Origin: Gemmatimonadota bacterium
GTDB lineage: Bacteria; JAAXHH01
Reading direction: 5' to 3'
DNA length: 64,000 bases
Assembly (NCBI GenBank): GCA_009837395.1
Contig: VXTP01000015.1
Span: forward strand, 297,986 to 361,985
The notes beneath the pieces are model-generated. The model was not told the DNA's origin. It saw nothing but the letters and a program-made list of their open reading frames with translations, and did not search any database. The translations under genes and the position numbers were made by a program. Within the stretch, counting starts at the first letter, position 1; each line of letters begins with the position of its first letter. Shown here one piece after another: positions 35,069 to 44,299 of the stretch.

Positions 35069-36299
35069 CCACTCCGCGCAGCGGATTCCCGTGTCTCTTA
35101 CCGAAGAAATCAAGGCGCATGCCGCGTCGCTCGGATTCGATCTCGCCGGCGTAACGACGGCCGATCCTCCCCGCCACGGGGATTACTACGCCGAATGGGT
35201 CGAGCAAGGCCTGGCCGGCGAGATGGCCTACCTGGAACGCCAGATCGAGAAGCGCCAGGATCCTCGGAAAATCCTGCCGAACGCCCGGTCCCTCGTCGTG
35301 GTCGCCATGAACTACCGTTGTCCGGACCCGGATCCCGTATCCGGCATGCAGGCCGCCGCGCCTGATGACTCGCCCGAAAGCGCGCCGGGCCAGACACGCC
35401 GTGATTCGCCCGAATTCACGCCGGACCGTTCCCCCCGCGGCAAAATCGCCCGCTATGCCCGGGGCGACGATTACCACGACGTGATGAAGGAGAAGCTGCT
35501 GGCGCTGCTTCGATTCGTGCAGGACCGGACCGGCCGCCCCGTGGAAGGGAAAGTATACGTGGACACGGGGCCCGTGCTGGAACGCGAGTTTGCCGTCCGC
35601 GCCGGCCTGGGGTGGTTCGGGAAGCACACCAACCTCATCCACAAGCGCGTGGGTTCGTGGCTGTTGATCGGAGAGATCCTCCTCGACATCGAACTGGACC
35701 CGGACGGGCCCGCGGCCGATCACTGCGGCACGTGCACCCTGTGCCTCGAAGCCTGTCCCACGGACGCCATCGTCGAGCCTTACGTGGTCGATTCGCGCCG
35801 CTGCATTTCCTACCACACCATCGAACTGAAGGGCGCCATTCCCCCGGAGTACCGCGCGGCGATGGGAGACCGCGTGTTCGGGTGCGACGACTGCCAGGAT
35901 GTCTGTCCCTGGAACCGCAGCGCGCCCGAAACCGGCCATCCGGCCTTTGGTGCCCGTCCTTGGAATGAAATGCCCGACCTCATCGAAATGCTGGGGTTGA
36001 CGCCGGAGGCGTTCAGAACCCGGTTCAAGGGCAGTCCCGTTAAACGGACGAAGCGGCGCGGCCTGCTGCGGAACGCCGCCGTAGCCCTGGGCAACACGAA
36101 GGACCCCGGAGCGGTTCCCGCCCTCGCCGATTCGCTGGGCGACGACGAACCGCTGGTCCGGGGCCATGCGGCCTGGGCGCTGGGAAACATCGGCGGCGAC
36201 GGGGCGTTGGCGGAACTGAAGAAAGCGCGGAAGACCGAAGAAGATCCCTGGGTTGTCGAGGAAATAGACCGGGCCCTTGCCGAGTGCGAGGCGCGCTGA
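35034..36299 (+). CDS. queG: tRNA epoxyqueuosine(34) reductase
   Basis: Has the ferredoxin-type motifs CGTCTLCLEACP and CDDCQDVCPWN, plus C-terminal HEAT-like repeats (DDEPLVRGHAAWALG). The start is uncertain. The ATG at 35034 overlaps rny by 35 nt, and GTG at 35091 is the alternative. About 25 extra P/D/S-rich residues lie between the NY and RYARGDDYH segments. Confidence 0.85.
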   Translation: MLRRPADRRRDSHSAQRIPVSLTEEIKAHAASLGFDLAGVTTADPPRHGDYYAEWVEQGLAGEMAYLERQIEKRQDPRKILPNARSLVVVAMNYRCPDPDPVSGMQAAAPDDSPESAPGQTRRDSPEFTPDRSPRGKIARYARGDDYHDVMKEKLLALLRFVQDRTGRPVEGKVYVDTGPVLEREFAVRAGLGWFGKHTNLIHKRVGSWLLIGEILLDIELDPDGPAADHCGTCTLCLEACPTDAIVEPYVVDSRRCISYHTIELKGAIPPEYRAAMGDRVFGCDDCQDVCPWNRSAPETGHPAFGARPWNEMPDLIEMLGLTPEAFRTRFKGSPVKRTKRRGLLRNAAVALGNTKDPGAVPALADSLGDDEPLVRGHAAWALGNIGGDGALAELKKARKTEEDPWVVEEIDRALAECEAR

Positions 36300-36432
36300 T
36301 GAACCATGTTTTTTCCAAAAGCCCTTGCCTCCCCGGAGGTTGACCATATATTTCAGGTGGCTTTGGAGGCAGTTGCCGGGCGGTGGATCGATGTCCGGCG
36401 GCTTCATCGGTATCTGAATCGCAGGCACGGAT

Positions 36433-38169
36433 ATGATTAGACACCTCCCGCTCATAGGCCTTGTATTCGTCGTCGGTTGCGCCGCCCCCCGGACCCTTGA
36501 ACCGGGTGCGCGCACCACGCCCCCGACCGGAACGGCGGATACCTCCGGGAATACCGTCGCGGTGGAGGAACTGCCCGACCCGGATCTTACCCTCGATCAT
36601 GTCGCCCCGGCCGATTCCCTGGCAATACGGGATCCGGCCAGCCTGCTCGCCGACGCCAGGCTGGGTTATGACGAGGCCCTCTCGGCGCTGGAACGTTCCG
36701 ACACTACGGCCGCGCGCGCCGCGGTCGATGAAGTGCTTGAACTGCTCGTCCTGCTGAGCGACGACCAAAAGCACGCCGCCACCCCCGCGCAGGCCGAACT
36801 CCTCAGGAAGCTCGGACCGCTGGTGGACCGTATCCAGGCCAGGCGCCGTGCCGCCGCCGAAGTCCGGGGTTCGATCCCCAGAGTACTCAACCGCCGTGTC
36901 AGGCAACAGATCGATCTTTTACTCAAAGACAGAGGCCTGAACATACTCAAGGCCTCGTACCAGCGGTCCGGGCGCTACACCCCCATGATCCGCGAAGAAC
37001 TGGCGGCCCGGGGGATGCCACCTGAGCTTCAATGGCTGCCCATCGTCGAAAGCGGTTTCAAACCCAGGGCGTTCTCGTGGGCGTCCGCGGCGGGCATGTG
37101 GCAGTTCATTTTCGATACGGGAAAACGGTACGGACTCCAGCGGTCCGGCTGGGTAGACGACCGCTTCGATCCCATTAAGGCCACCCCGGCCGCCCTCGCC
37201 TACCTGGGGGACCTGTACACCATGTTCGACGACTGGTTTCTCGCCATGGCGGCGTACAACTGCGGAGAGAACCGGGTGCTCCGCGAGATCAACCGGACGG
37301 GGAACCGGGATTACTGGAAGATGCGACTGCCCAGGGAGACCCGAAACTACGTGCCCAAGTTCCTCGCGGTGCTGCATATCATAGAGAACGCGGAGAAATA
37401 CGGCGTCGAGTGGCCGGAAACCCATGATCCCCACCTCTTCGAAGAGGTGCGTATCGACAAGTCGGTCGCGCTGCAGCATGTCGCCGATCTGCTCGCCATG
37501 CCGCAGGACGATCTCAAGGCGCTGAATACCGACATCCGGTATGGCGTGACGCCGCCCACCGGGTTTTCGCTGCGCGTGCCCCTGGGTGCGGGTTCAACCC
37601 TTCTCGGCAGTCTCGACGAGCTTCCGGAGTCGAATTTCAAGCCCCCTCCCGAGGTACGCAGGTACCGCGTGCGTCGGGGTGATACACTGGGCCACATCGC
37701 CCGCAGATTCCGGACCTCGGTCAGCAGACTCCGAAGCATGAACCGGATCCGGGGCAGCCTGATCCGTGTCGGCCAGCTCCTCAGCGTGCCCGGAAGGAAC
37801 TACGGTGGACAGCAATGGGCAGGGCAGACGGCTTCGTACGGTACGCCGAGGGACGCCACTACACACACCGTGCGCCGCGGCGACTCGCTGACCCGCATCG
37901 CCCGGTATTACGGGACATCCGTCACCGCGCTGAAGCAGGCTAACGGTTTGCGGCGGGACATCATCCACCCCGGCCAGGTGCTTCGCCTTTCAGGAAATGG
38001 AAGTGGAAGGGGATCAGGCGGTGCGGTGACCTACAACATCCGGTCGGGGGATACGCTGGCGCGGATCGCCCGGGCCTTCAAGGTTACCCTCGCGGCCCTC
38101 ATGCGGGCGAACCCCGACGTGCAGGCCAGGCGGCTGCAAATCGGTCAGCGGATCATCATTCCCGGCTGA
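36433..38169 (+). CDS. lytic murein transglycosylase (MltD-like) with three LysM domains
   Basis: Has a lipoprotein-type signal (LVFVVGC), an SLT catalytic region (LPIVESGFKP..AAGMWQF..AYNCGE) and three C-terminal LysM repeats (Y.VRRGDTL..IA...). Confidence 0.9.
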   Translation: MIRHLPLIGLVFVVGCAAPRTLEPGARTTPPTGTADTSGNTVAVEELPDPDLTLDHVAPADSLAIRDPASLLADARLGYDEALSALERSDTTAARAAVDEVLELLVLLSDDQKHAATPAQAELLRKLGPLVDRIQARRRAAAEVRGSIPRVLNRRVRQQIDLLLKDRGLNILKASYQRSGRYTPMIREELAARGMPPELQWLPIVESGFKPRAFSWASAAGMWQFIFDTGKRYGLQRSGWVDDRFDPIKATPAALAYLGDLYTMFDDWFLAMAAYNCGENRVLREINRTGNRDYWKMRLPRETRNYVPKFLAVLHIIENAEKYGVEWPETHDPHLFEEVRIDKSVALQHVADLLAMPQDDLKALNTDIRYGVTPPTGFSLRVPLGAGSTLLGSLDELPESNFKPPPEVRRYRVRRGDTLGHIARRFRTSVSRLRSMNRIRGSLIRVGQLLSVPGRNYGGQQWAGQTASYGTPRDATTHTVRRGDSLTRIARYYGTSVTALKQANGLRRDIIHPGQVLRLSGNGSGRGSGGAVTYNIRSGDTLARIARAFKVTLAALMRANPDVQARRLQIGQRIIIPG

Positions 38170-38186
38170 TCAAGGAGTATGCGCAC

Positions 38187-38492
38187 ATGGGATACGTCAA
38201 GGCGGCGGAGCTGGATGAGCTGAGTCCGGGCCAGATGAAGATGGTCTCGATCAGCGGGAAGGAGATCGTCCTCTGCAACGTGGACGGGAAGTACTATGCC
38301 GCCGACAATTTCTGCCCCCACATGGGCGCGCCTCTGAGCGAAGGGGAGTTGGACGGCACCGACCTCTGGTGTCCGTTCCACGGCGCGTCTTTCGATGTGA
38401 CCACGGGCGATGTCCTGTCGCCTCCGGCCTACGAAAACCTCACCTGCTTCCCGGTCCGGGTGACCGAAGAAGCCGTGGAAATAGAAATCTAG
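38187..38492 (+). CDS. Rieske [2Fe-2S] ferredoxin-like protein
   Basis: 101 aa with the Rieske ligand motifs CPH (FCPHMG) and CPFH (WCPFHG). AAGGAG RBS. Confidence 0.85.
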   Translation: MGYVKAAELDELSPGQMKMVSISGKEIVLCNVDGKYYAADNFCPHMGAPLSEGELDGTDLWCPFHGASFDVTTGDVLSPPAYENLTCFPVRVTEEAVEIEI

Positions 38493-38497
38493 CCGCC

Positions 38498-38523
38498 AGC
38501 CGCTGACTTCAGCCGCTGACTTC
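38498..38523. repeat. perfect 13-bp tandem duplication that includes the thiL stop codon
   Basis: agccgctgacttc occurs twice (38498-38510 and 38511-38523). The thiL stop (tca on the plus strand) straddles the end of unit 2, and an equivalent tca straddles the unit 1/2 junction. Confidence 0.9.
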
Positions 38524-39598
38524 AACCACTGAAATGTTCGTACCCCTTCGGGCGCAGGGGCCGCGATCCGGTTTGATCCGTAATGGTGTATCCCCGGGCG
38601 GCGGTCACGCATTCGCCAATGGGGGTCAGCGGCGTTCCGGTACGCTCCGCGAGTTCGGCCGCCAGGCGCTCCACCCCCTCCGGCGCTACGGCGCATAGCA
38701 GCTCGAATTCCTCACCGCTTTCCAGGGCCGTCCCGACGGGATCGAGCCGAAGCTCCTCCATGGCCTGCCTGGTTTCCTCCGTGATGGGCAGGGCGTTTCC
38801 ATCCAGGTTCAATCCTACCCCGCTGTCACGAGCCACGTGCAGGGCGTCTGAACTGAGCCCGTCGCTCACGTCGATCATGGCGTGGACCCACCCACTGTTT
38901 GCCAACAGAACGCCTTCGCGGACCCGTGGAACGGGGGTACGGTGACGGCACAACACGCCTTCGAACCGGTCCACCGGCCGCTCCCGAGCCAAACGGAGCA
39001 GGCGGAGGCCGATCTCGCTCGCGCCCAGGTGTCCGGTCACGCACAGGATGTCTCCCGCCCGGGCGCCGCTGCGCCGTGCGATGTGTTCCTCCGAGGCTTC
39101 TCCGCTCACCGTGATGGAGATGACGGTCGGTCCGTCCGTCGAACTCAGATCACCTCCGACGATGGACACCGGGTGGCCTGCGTGCCCGGCCAGGTCCTGA
39201 AAACCCGCGTACAGCGCCTCCACGTCGTCCAATGCGCGATGGCCCGGAAGGCAGAGGGTCGTCAACGCGTGCCGGGGTACGCCGCCCATGGCCGCGATAT
39301 CGCTGAAATTGGCGGCCATGCACTTCCATCCGATCTGCCGCCAGGACGAGAAGGCCAGGTCGAAGTCCACGCCTTCCACGAAGGTGTCGGTCGTCAGCAG
39401 AGTCGTCATGCCGGGCGCTGGAGTGATGGCCGCGGCGTCATCGCCGATCCCCAACAGGACGCTCGGATCCGGCTCCGGCAGCGCGTGCCCGATTCGCTGG
39501 ATCACCTCGAATTCGCCGGGAAGACCCGCACCTTTCTTACGATGCTCCACGTTTCGTCTTTCCCTTCTCGCGCGGCCGACCGCGCCACGCCCGCGCAT
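38522..39598 (-). CDS. thiL: thiamine-monophosphate kinase
   Basis: Has a ThiL/PurM-like N-terminus (GEFEVIQRI...GIGDDAA...TTDTFVEGVDF) and SDIAAMGG. I trimmed the track ORF start. The ATG at 39598 or the GTG at 39550 (preceded by AAGGGA) are plausible, and both avoid overlap with the upstream gene. Confidence 0.9.
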   Translation of the reverse strand: MRGRGAVGRARRERRNVEHRKKGAGLPGEFEVIQRIGHALPEPDPSVLLGIGDDAAAITPAPGMTTLLTTDTFVEGVDFDLAFSSWRQIGWKCMAANFSDIAAMGGVPRHALTTLCLPGHRALDDVEALYAGFQDLAGHAGHPVSIVGGDLSSTDGPTVISITVSGEASEEHIARRSGARAGDILCVTGHLGASEIGLRLLRLARERPVDRFEGVLCRHRTPVPRVREGVLLANSGWVHAMIDVSDGLSSDALHVARDSGVGLNLDGNALPITEETRQAMEELRLDPVGTALESGEEFELLCAVAPEGVERLAAELAERTGTPLTPIGECVTAARGYTITDQTGSRPLRPKGYEHFSG

Positions 39599-39623
39599 AC
39601 GCGCCGCGTCTTCGCGCGCACGC

Positions 39624-42389
39624 CTACCCGCCCTTGCCGAACCGCCCTTCGACGCGCTCCCTCGAGCGCGTGAAGATCTCGATGCCGGCCGTAACGCCCC
39701 CACCGAAGAGCAGTCCCTCCAGGGCGCCCAGGGCGACCTGGGTGGTGCGGCCGAATTCGCCTTCCCCGAAGATTGTCGCGATGGTCTCGAGCCGTATCTG
39801 CGACGCATCGAAGGACTGCCGCAGGGTTTCCAGGCTGGCCGTGAACATGTTGCCGCCCATCACGGTCAATACGATGCTGGCAATCATGCCGCCCAGTGCG
39901 CCGAAGACGATGTAGAGCAGGCTTCGCCACTGCCCGGGCCGCCTGGCCAGATAGTACGTGACGACCGGTCCGAGGGCCACGCCCGCGCCGATGAAGGCGC
40001 CTTCGAGACCGCCGGTCAGGTCCGCGGGCTGCCGGCCGAACAGGGTCTGAATGGTATCGGAACTGTACAGGCTGAACGCGGCGCCTACCATGCCGCCGCC
40101 CAGCGCGCCGCCCAGTACGCCGAGCCACCGGCCGTATTTCCCGGATACGCGCCGCAGCGCGACCATGCCGAAGGACACGCCCGCACCGCCGAATGCTCCG
40201 CCGAACAGGCCCAGGCCTGCCAGGACGAAAATGGGCGTGAGCGCCTCCGACGACAGGCCGGAACTGACGGCGGCCAGGGCGGTTCCGAGAAGAAGCCCGC
40301 CGAACAGGCCGGACACGGCGCCGCCGAACGTTCCTCCGATGCCCTGCTGCATGATGTCGATCCCGCCCTGTTGCAGGCGCATCAGTATGAACCCGACCAT
40401 CACCATGACCCGGTACAGCCGGGAAAGCTTGACCGACCGGTTCTGTTCCCGCAGGAAGGCCAGGCTGACCGCCCGCTGGAGACGGCTTACGGACTCGTTG
40501 CCCGTGGGCCGGGTCAGGACCGATTCCACCGCCGAACCGAACCAATCCGCCAGCTCGATACTTGCCGCCCGGCGCACACTCAACATGGGATCCCGCAACG
40601 CAAGGTGCCGGAGCCGGTTGTTCAGCGCCGCGCAGCGCACGGGCCGGGATGACTCCACCGCCCGCTTGCGTACTTCCCGGCGATCGTTGTACATGGCCTC
40701 CAGGATCACGTTCACCGCATCCGGCACCTTTTCGACCAGCCAGGGCGGCACGGGCCGGTCCCGGTTGAGCATGCTGATGCAAAGCAGGTACGCTTCCTGG
40801 CCGGAGACGCCGATTTCTTCCAGGTAAGGTGCGAGCAGGTCCAGGCTTTCATGGTCCATGATGAGCTGGTAGGTCCTGTAATTCTCCACCGACCGTTCGA
40901 GCAGGCTCCGTGCCTGCTTCGCTTCGTAAACGCTGCCGGTCAGCCAGCGGGACACCTCCGAAATCATGCATTCGTGGGCGAGTTCCAGCCACCCTTCCCC
41001 TTCCTGGTTTCGTCGCCGGACGATACGGGCGTCGACCAGTTCCCCGAGCAGCGTTCCCAGGGTGTCGGCGTCATGCCGATCGCCGGCCTGGATACGCGTT
41101 GCCAGATCGGCCTCCCGCACGACGATGAGCCTCTCCTCCGCGGAGATAAGCGCCAGCAACACCTGCTGCACCACGGACAGGTCGGCCGCCGAAAACCGGC
41201 GGAGGACCCTTGCGAGATAGTCGGCCAGGATCTGCGAAGCGCCGCCCAGCTGGTCGTAGGCCGATTCCGTGATCATGTTTTTCATATCGCGTTGATCGTA
41301 CAGCGTATCGCAAACGATCTGCAGGTGCGGCGGATCGACGGTGTCCTCGTCGGAGAGGTCCTCCAGCAGGCGGTCGACGAGCGTGTCTTCGTACCGGCAG
41401 CCGACCCGCCAGGCGGGACCCGTGATGGCCTGTGCGGCCTGTTCGGAGGTCAACCGGCTGAGGCGGTATTCATGGTGGAAGATCTCCGGGACCGCCGGCT
41501 TGAGTCGGCTCATCTCCGCGAGCATGTCCTCCCGCATCACGAAAACGAACTGCAGGGGCAGCGCATCGTCCTCCATGATCACGGCGAGCTCATCGACGAA
41601 CGCCTCCCGGCCCGGTTCATCGAGCAGGAGAAAGAACTCCTCGAACTGGTCCAGCATGACGACGATCCGGGATGCGGGGCGGGACCAGTTCCGGTGCAGC
41701 AGTTCCTGCAGAGAAACGCCGTCCGGATCGACGAAGCCGCCCGCACTGTTATCCGATACGAGCCTTCGGACCATCCGCCGCATGTGCTGCAGGGGATCGG
41801 TGAAACTCCGGATGATACACGTCAGGTGGCCCTGGTCCTGCAACCGGGGGATGAGGCCGGCCCGGAGGATCGAACTCTTGCCGACGCCGGAACGGCCGTA
41901 GAGGAGAAACGAGCGCCGGGCAAGGATGCGGGAGCAGATGTTCTCGATCTCCTCCTCGCGGCCGAAGAAAAGACCCTGGTCGTTCTCGGTGTAGTAATCG
42001 AGGAACTTGTACGGACGGGTCGGTTTGTCTTTGGCAGCCTGCGGGGACGGTTCGTCCACGATCTCCACCGCGTCGCCGATGAAGACGTATCCATGCTTCG
42101 GCACCGTTTTGACGTAACGGGGATTCGACGCGTCATCCTCCAGCTGCTTCCGGATCGACTTGATACACTGGGTCAGCGCCGTATCGCTGACGATCACGTC
42201 CTCCCAGACTTCGTCGAAGATGCGGTTTTTCTCCACCAGTTGCCCCGCATTGGATACCAGCAGCACCAGCACGTCGAAATACCGGGAACTCAGCGGAAGC
42301 ACGGCGTGTTTCCGGCGGATCTGGCGGTTCTGGATATCCAGCACGAAGTCGTCGAACCGGAAGCCTTTTGCGGCGGTCTGTTGCGTCAT
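39624..42389 (-). CDS. winged-helix (OmpR/CadC-type) - STAND P-loop NTPase - HEAT-like repeats - C-terminal glycine-zipper membrane domain protein
   Basis: 921 aa. Residues 1-105 form a Trans_reg_C-like wHTH (FRFDDFVLD...VSDTALTQCIKSIRKQL...VKTVPKHGYVFIG). The NTPase part has PYKFLDYYTENDQGLFFGREEEI, Walker A GRSGVGKSS and Walker B VVMLDQFEEFF. The last ~265 aa consist of repeated GxxxG/GG-rich hydrophobic segments (GGTFGGAVSGLFGGLLLG, GLFGGAFGGAGVSFG, VLGGALGGGMVGAAF). Confidence 0.85.
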   Translation of the reverse strand: MTQQTAAKGFRFDDFVLDIQNRQIRRKHAVLPLSSRYFDVLVLLVSNAGQLVEKNRIFDEVWEDVIVSDTALTQCIKSIRKQLEDDASNPRYVKTVPKHGYVFIGDAVEIVDEPSPQAAKDKPTRPYKFLDYYTENDQGLFFGREEEIENICSRILARRSFLLYGRSGVGKSSILRAGLIPRLQDQGHLTCIIRSFTDPLQHMRRMVRRLVSDNSAGGFVDPDGVSLQELLHRNWSRPASRIVVMLDQFEEFFLLLDEPGREAFVDELAVIMEDDALPLQFVFVMREDMLAEMSRLKPAVPEIFHHEYRLSRLTSEQAAQAITGPAWRVGCRYEDTLVDRLLEDLSDEDTVDPPHLQIVCDTLYDQRDMKNMITESAYDQLGGASQILADYLARVLRRFSAADLSVVQQVLLALISAEERLIVVREADLATRIQAGDRHDADTLGTLLGELVDARIVRRRNQEGEGWLELAHECMISEVSRWLTGSVYEAKQARSLLERSVENYRTYQLIMDHESLDLLAPYLEEIGVSGQEAYLLCISMLNRDRPVPPWLVEKVPDAVNVILEAMYNDRREVRKRAVESSRPVRCAALNNRLRHLALRDPMLSVRRAASIELADWFGSAVESVLTRPTGNESVSRLQRAVSLAFLREQNRSVKLSRLYRVMVMVGFILMRLQQGGIDIMQQGIGGTFGGAVSGLFGGLLLGTALAAVSSGLSSEALTPIFVLAGLGLFGGAFGGAGVSFGMVALRRVSGKYGRWLGVLGGALGGGMVGAAFSLYSSDTIQTLFGRQPADLTGGLEGAFIGAGVALGPVVTYYLARRPGQWRSLLYIVFGALGGMIASIVLTVMGGNMFTASLETLRQSFDASQIRLETIATIFGEGEFGRTTQVALGALEGLLFGGGVTAGIEIFTRSRERVEGRFGKGG

Positions 42390-42635
42390 TTGGGGCTCAA
42401 ATTGCGGATTCCGACGAAAAAAATGAGGGATTCATACGTTCCTCACAGAATACTCACGGGGACCCCATGCAATTCATACTTGATATGAATATAATCCCCA
42501 TATGAGCATAAGTCTAATTTTCCACCGAGACACGGCGGCCAAAGCGTCCTTCATGAAAACCGATTCACTTGCGAATCCGTTTGTGAGTGCGCGCCGCTCG
42601 TGTTTAATTACACCTTAGAAAAGGGGGTAAGCGAG

Positions 42636-43283
42636 ATGTTATCCCATTTCTGCACCATTCCCGAAGCCGTGGAAGAAGTAAGAGCAGGACGGGTGCTGAT
42701 CGTCATCGATGACGAGAACCGCGAGAACGAAGGCGACTTCATGGTGGCCGCCGAAAAGGTCACGCCCGAAATCATCAACTTCATGTCGAGGCACGGACGG
42801 GGGTTGATCTGCCTGCCCACCACGAAACAGCGGCTCGCAGAGCTGGACATCCCCATCATGGTCGATGGGAAAACGTCGACGGGGGACACACCCTTCACGG
42901 TATCCGTGGATGCGGTAAACGGCGTGACGTCCGGCATTTCCGCCCATGACCGGGCGATAAGCGCTCAGTTGTTCGTGCACCCGGATACGGCGCCGGAGGA
43001 CTTCGAGCGGCCGGGACACCTCTTCCCACTGCAGGCACGCGACGGCGGCGTGCTGGAAAGGGACGGACACACCGAGGCCACGGTCGACCTGATGCGGCTG
43101 GCCGGCCTCTACCCGGCGGGGGTCCTGTGCGAGGTGCTGGACGAGGACGGCTCCATGGCCCGTCTTCCCCGGTTGGTCGAAATCGCCGACGAGCATCACC
43201 TGAAAATCGCAACCATCAAGGACCTCATCGAGTACCGCCTCGAAGAGGAACTCGTACTGGAATTCGCCTGCAGCGGTGGGTAA
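42636..43283 (+). CDS. ribB: 3,4-dihydroxy-2-butanone-4-phosphate synthase
   Basis: 215 aa from the ATG at 42636 (AAGGGGG RBS). Has the RibB motifs DDENRENEGD, GRGLICL and HTEATVDL. No fused GTP cyclohydrolase II domain is present. Confidence 0.95.
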   Translation: MLSHFCTIPEAVEEVRAGRVLIVIDDENRENEGDFMVAAEKVTPEIINFMSRHGRGLICLPTTKQRLAELDIPIMVDGKTSTGDTPFTVSVDAVNGVTSGISAHDRAISAQLFVHPDTAPEDFERPGHLFPLQARDGGVLERDGHTEATVDLMRLAGLYPAGVLCEVLDEDGSMARLPRLVEIADEHHLKIATIKDLIEYRLEEELVLEFACSGG

Positions 43284-43289
43284 GGCGGC

Positions 43290-43316
43290 AGGCGTTCCAG
43301 GCGTTCCAGGCGTTCC
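43290..43316. repeat. 9-bp tandem repeat x3 between ribB and hpnC
   Basis: aggcgttcc x3, read directly. Confidence 0.95.
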
Positions 43317-43360
43317 GGCAGACCAGGCGGGCCGGGAGACGGTCTTTTCGCGTCTTATTC

Positions 43361-44299
43361 ATGTCCCAATTACCCGACTATCTGCCGGAAGCCGTACTTC
43401 GGTTCAATGATCTCGCGCTCGACGCGCTGCCCGGCCCCGGGGACGCCTCCCTGGAGTCCGCCCACAGGTACTGCAGTCACCTCGCGCGCCGGCACTACGA
43501 AAATTTCATCGTCGTTTCCCCCTTTCTGCCCACCGAGCTCCGGCGGCACTTCTACCATGTCTATGCCTACTGCCGGTGGTCCGACGACCTCGCCGACGAA
43601 ACCGGAGACACCGGTCTGTCTCTCGAGCTGCTCGACTGGTGGGACGGCGAATTGCAGGCCTGTTACGAAAACGAATTCCGTCATCCGGTATTCATCGCAC
43701 TTCGGGAAACGATCGACCGGTTCGATATACCGATTGCCCCGTTCCGGGACCTGCTGACCGCCTTCCGCCAGGACCAGGTCGTGACGCGTTACAGGACCTA
43801 CGCGGACGTGCTCGAATACTGTCGCTACTCCGCCAATCCAGTGGGCCGTCTCGTGCTCTACCTGTGCGGCTACCGGGACAGGGAACGCCAGTTACTGTCC
43901 GACGCCACGTGCACCGCGCTCCAATTGGCCAATTTCTGGCAGGATGTGCGGGTAGACCTGGAAAAGGGGCGGATCTACTTGCCCCTGAAGGATCTGGGCC
44001 GGTACCATTACACCGAAGAGGACCTCGAAGCCGGGGTCGTCGACGATCGATTCAGGGGACTGATGTCGTACCAGGTGAACCGGACCCGCAGGCTGTTCGA
44101 CGAGGGACTCGGGCTGTGCGGGATGGTGGACGCAAGGGTCGGGCTGGACATCGAACTGTTCAACCGGTGCGGTTCCGCCCTGCTGGACCAGATCGAAAGA
44201 CGGCGTTTCGACGTGCTGTCCCGGCGCCCCACCCTGTCATCCGCCCGGAAGGCCGGTCTTTTTCTGAAATACGCACTGAAACGACTATGGATTCGCTAG
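43361..44299 (+). CDS. hpnC: squalene synthase HpnC (hydroxysqualene synthase)
   Basis: 312 aa from the ATG at 43361. Has the HpnC-type N-terminal HYENFIVVSPFLP and the Asp-rich motif YCRWSDDLADE of the squalene/phytoene synthase fold. Confidence 0.85.
   Translation: MSQLPDYLPEAVLRFNDLALDALPGPGDASLESAHRYCSHLARRHYENFIVVSPFLPTELRRHFYHVYAYCRWSDDLADETGDTGLSLELLDWWDGELQACYENEFRHPVFIALRETIDRFDIPIAPFRDLLTAFRQDQVVTRYRTYADVLEYCRYSANPVGRLVLYLCGYRDRERQLLSDATCTALQLANFWQDVRVDLEKGRIYLPLKDLGRYHYTEEDLEAGVVDDRFRGLMSYQVNRTRRLFDEGLGLCGMVDARVGLDIELFNRCGSALLDQIERRRFDVLSRRPTLSSARKAGLFLKYALKRLWIR

Noticed and set aside
38522-39624. A TPP riboswitch or other leader for thiL.
   Set aside because: thiL follows the upstream gene by at most about 70 nt. 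No CUGAGA...ACCUGAUCUGGAUAAUGCCAGCG-like TPP core is present.
42496-42635. A possible FMN (RFN) riboswitch in the about 140-nt ribB leader.
   Set aside because: The conserved cores are absent: GGGCAGGGUGAAAUUCCC, ACCGGCGGU..AGCCCGCGA and GGUGAAAUUCCAAAGCCGACAGU..AGUCUGGAUG. Only loose fragments (UUCCACCG, CGGCGGCC) are present. A cmscan would be needed for formal exclusion.
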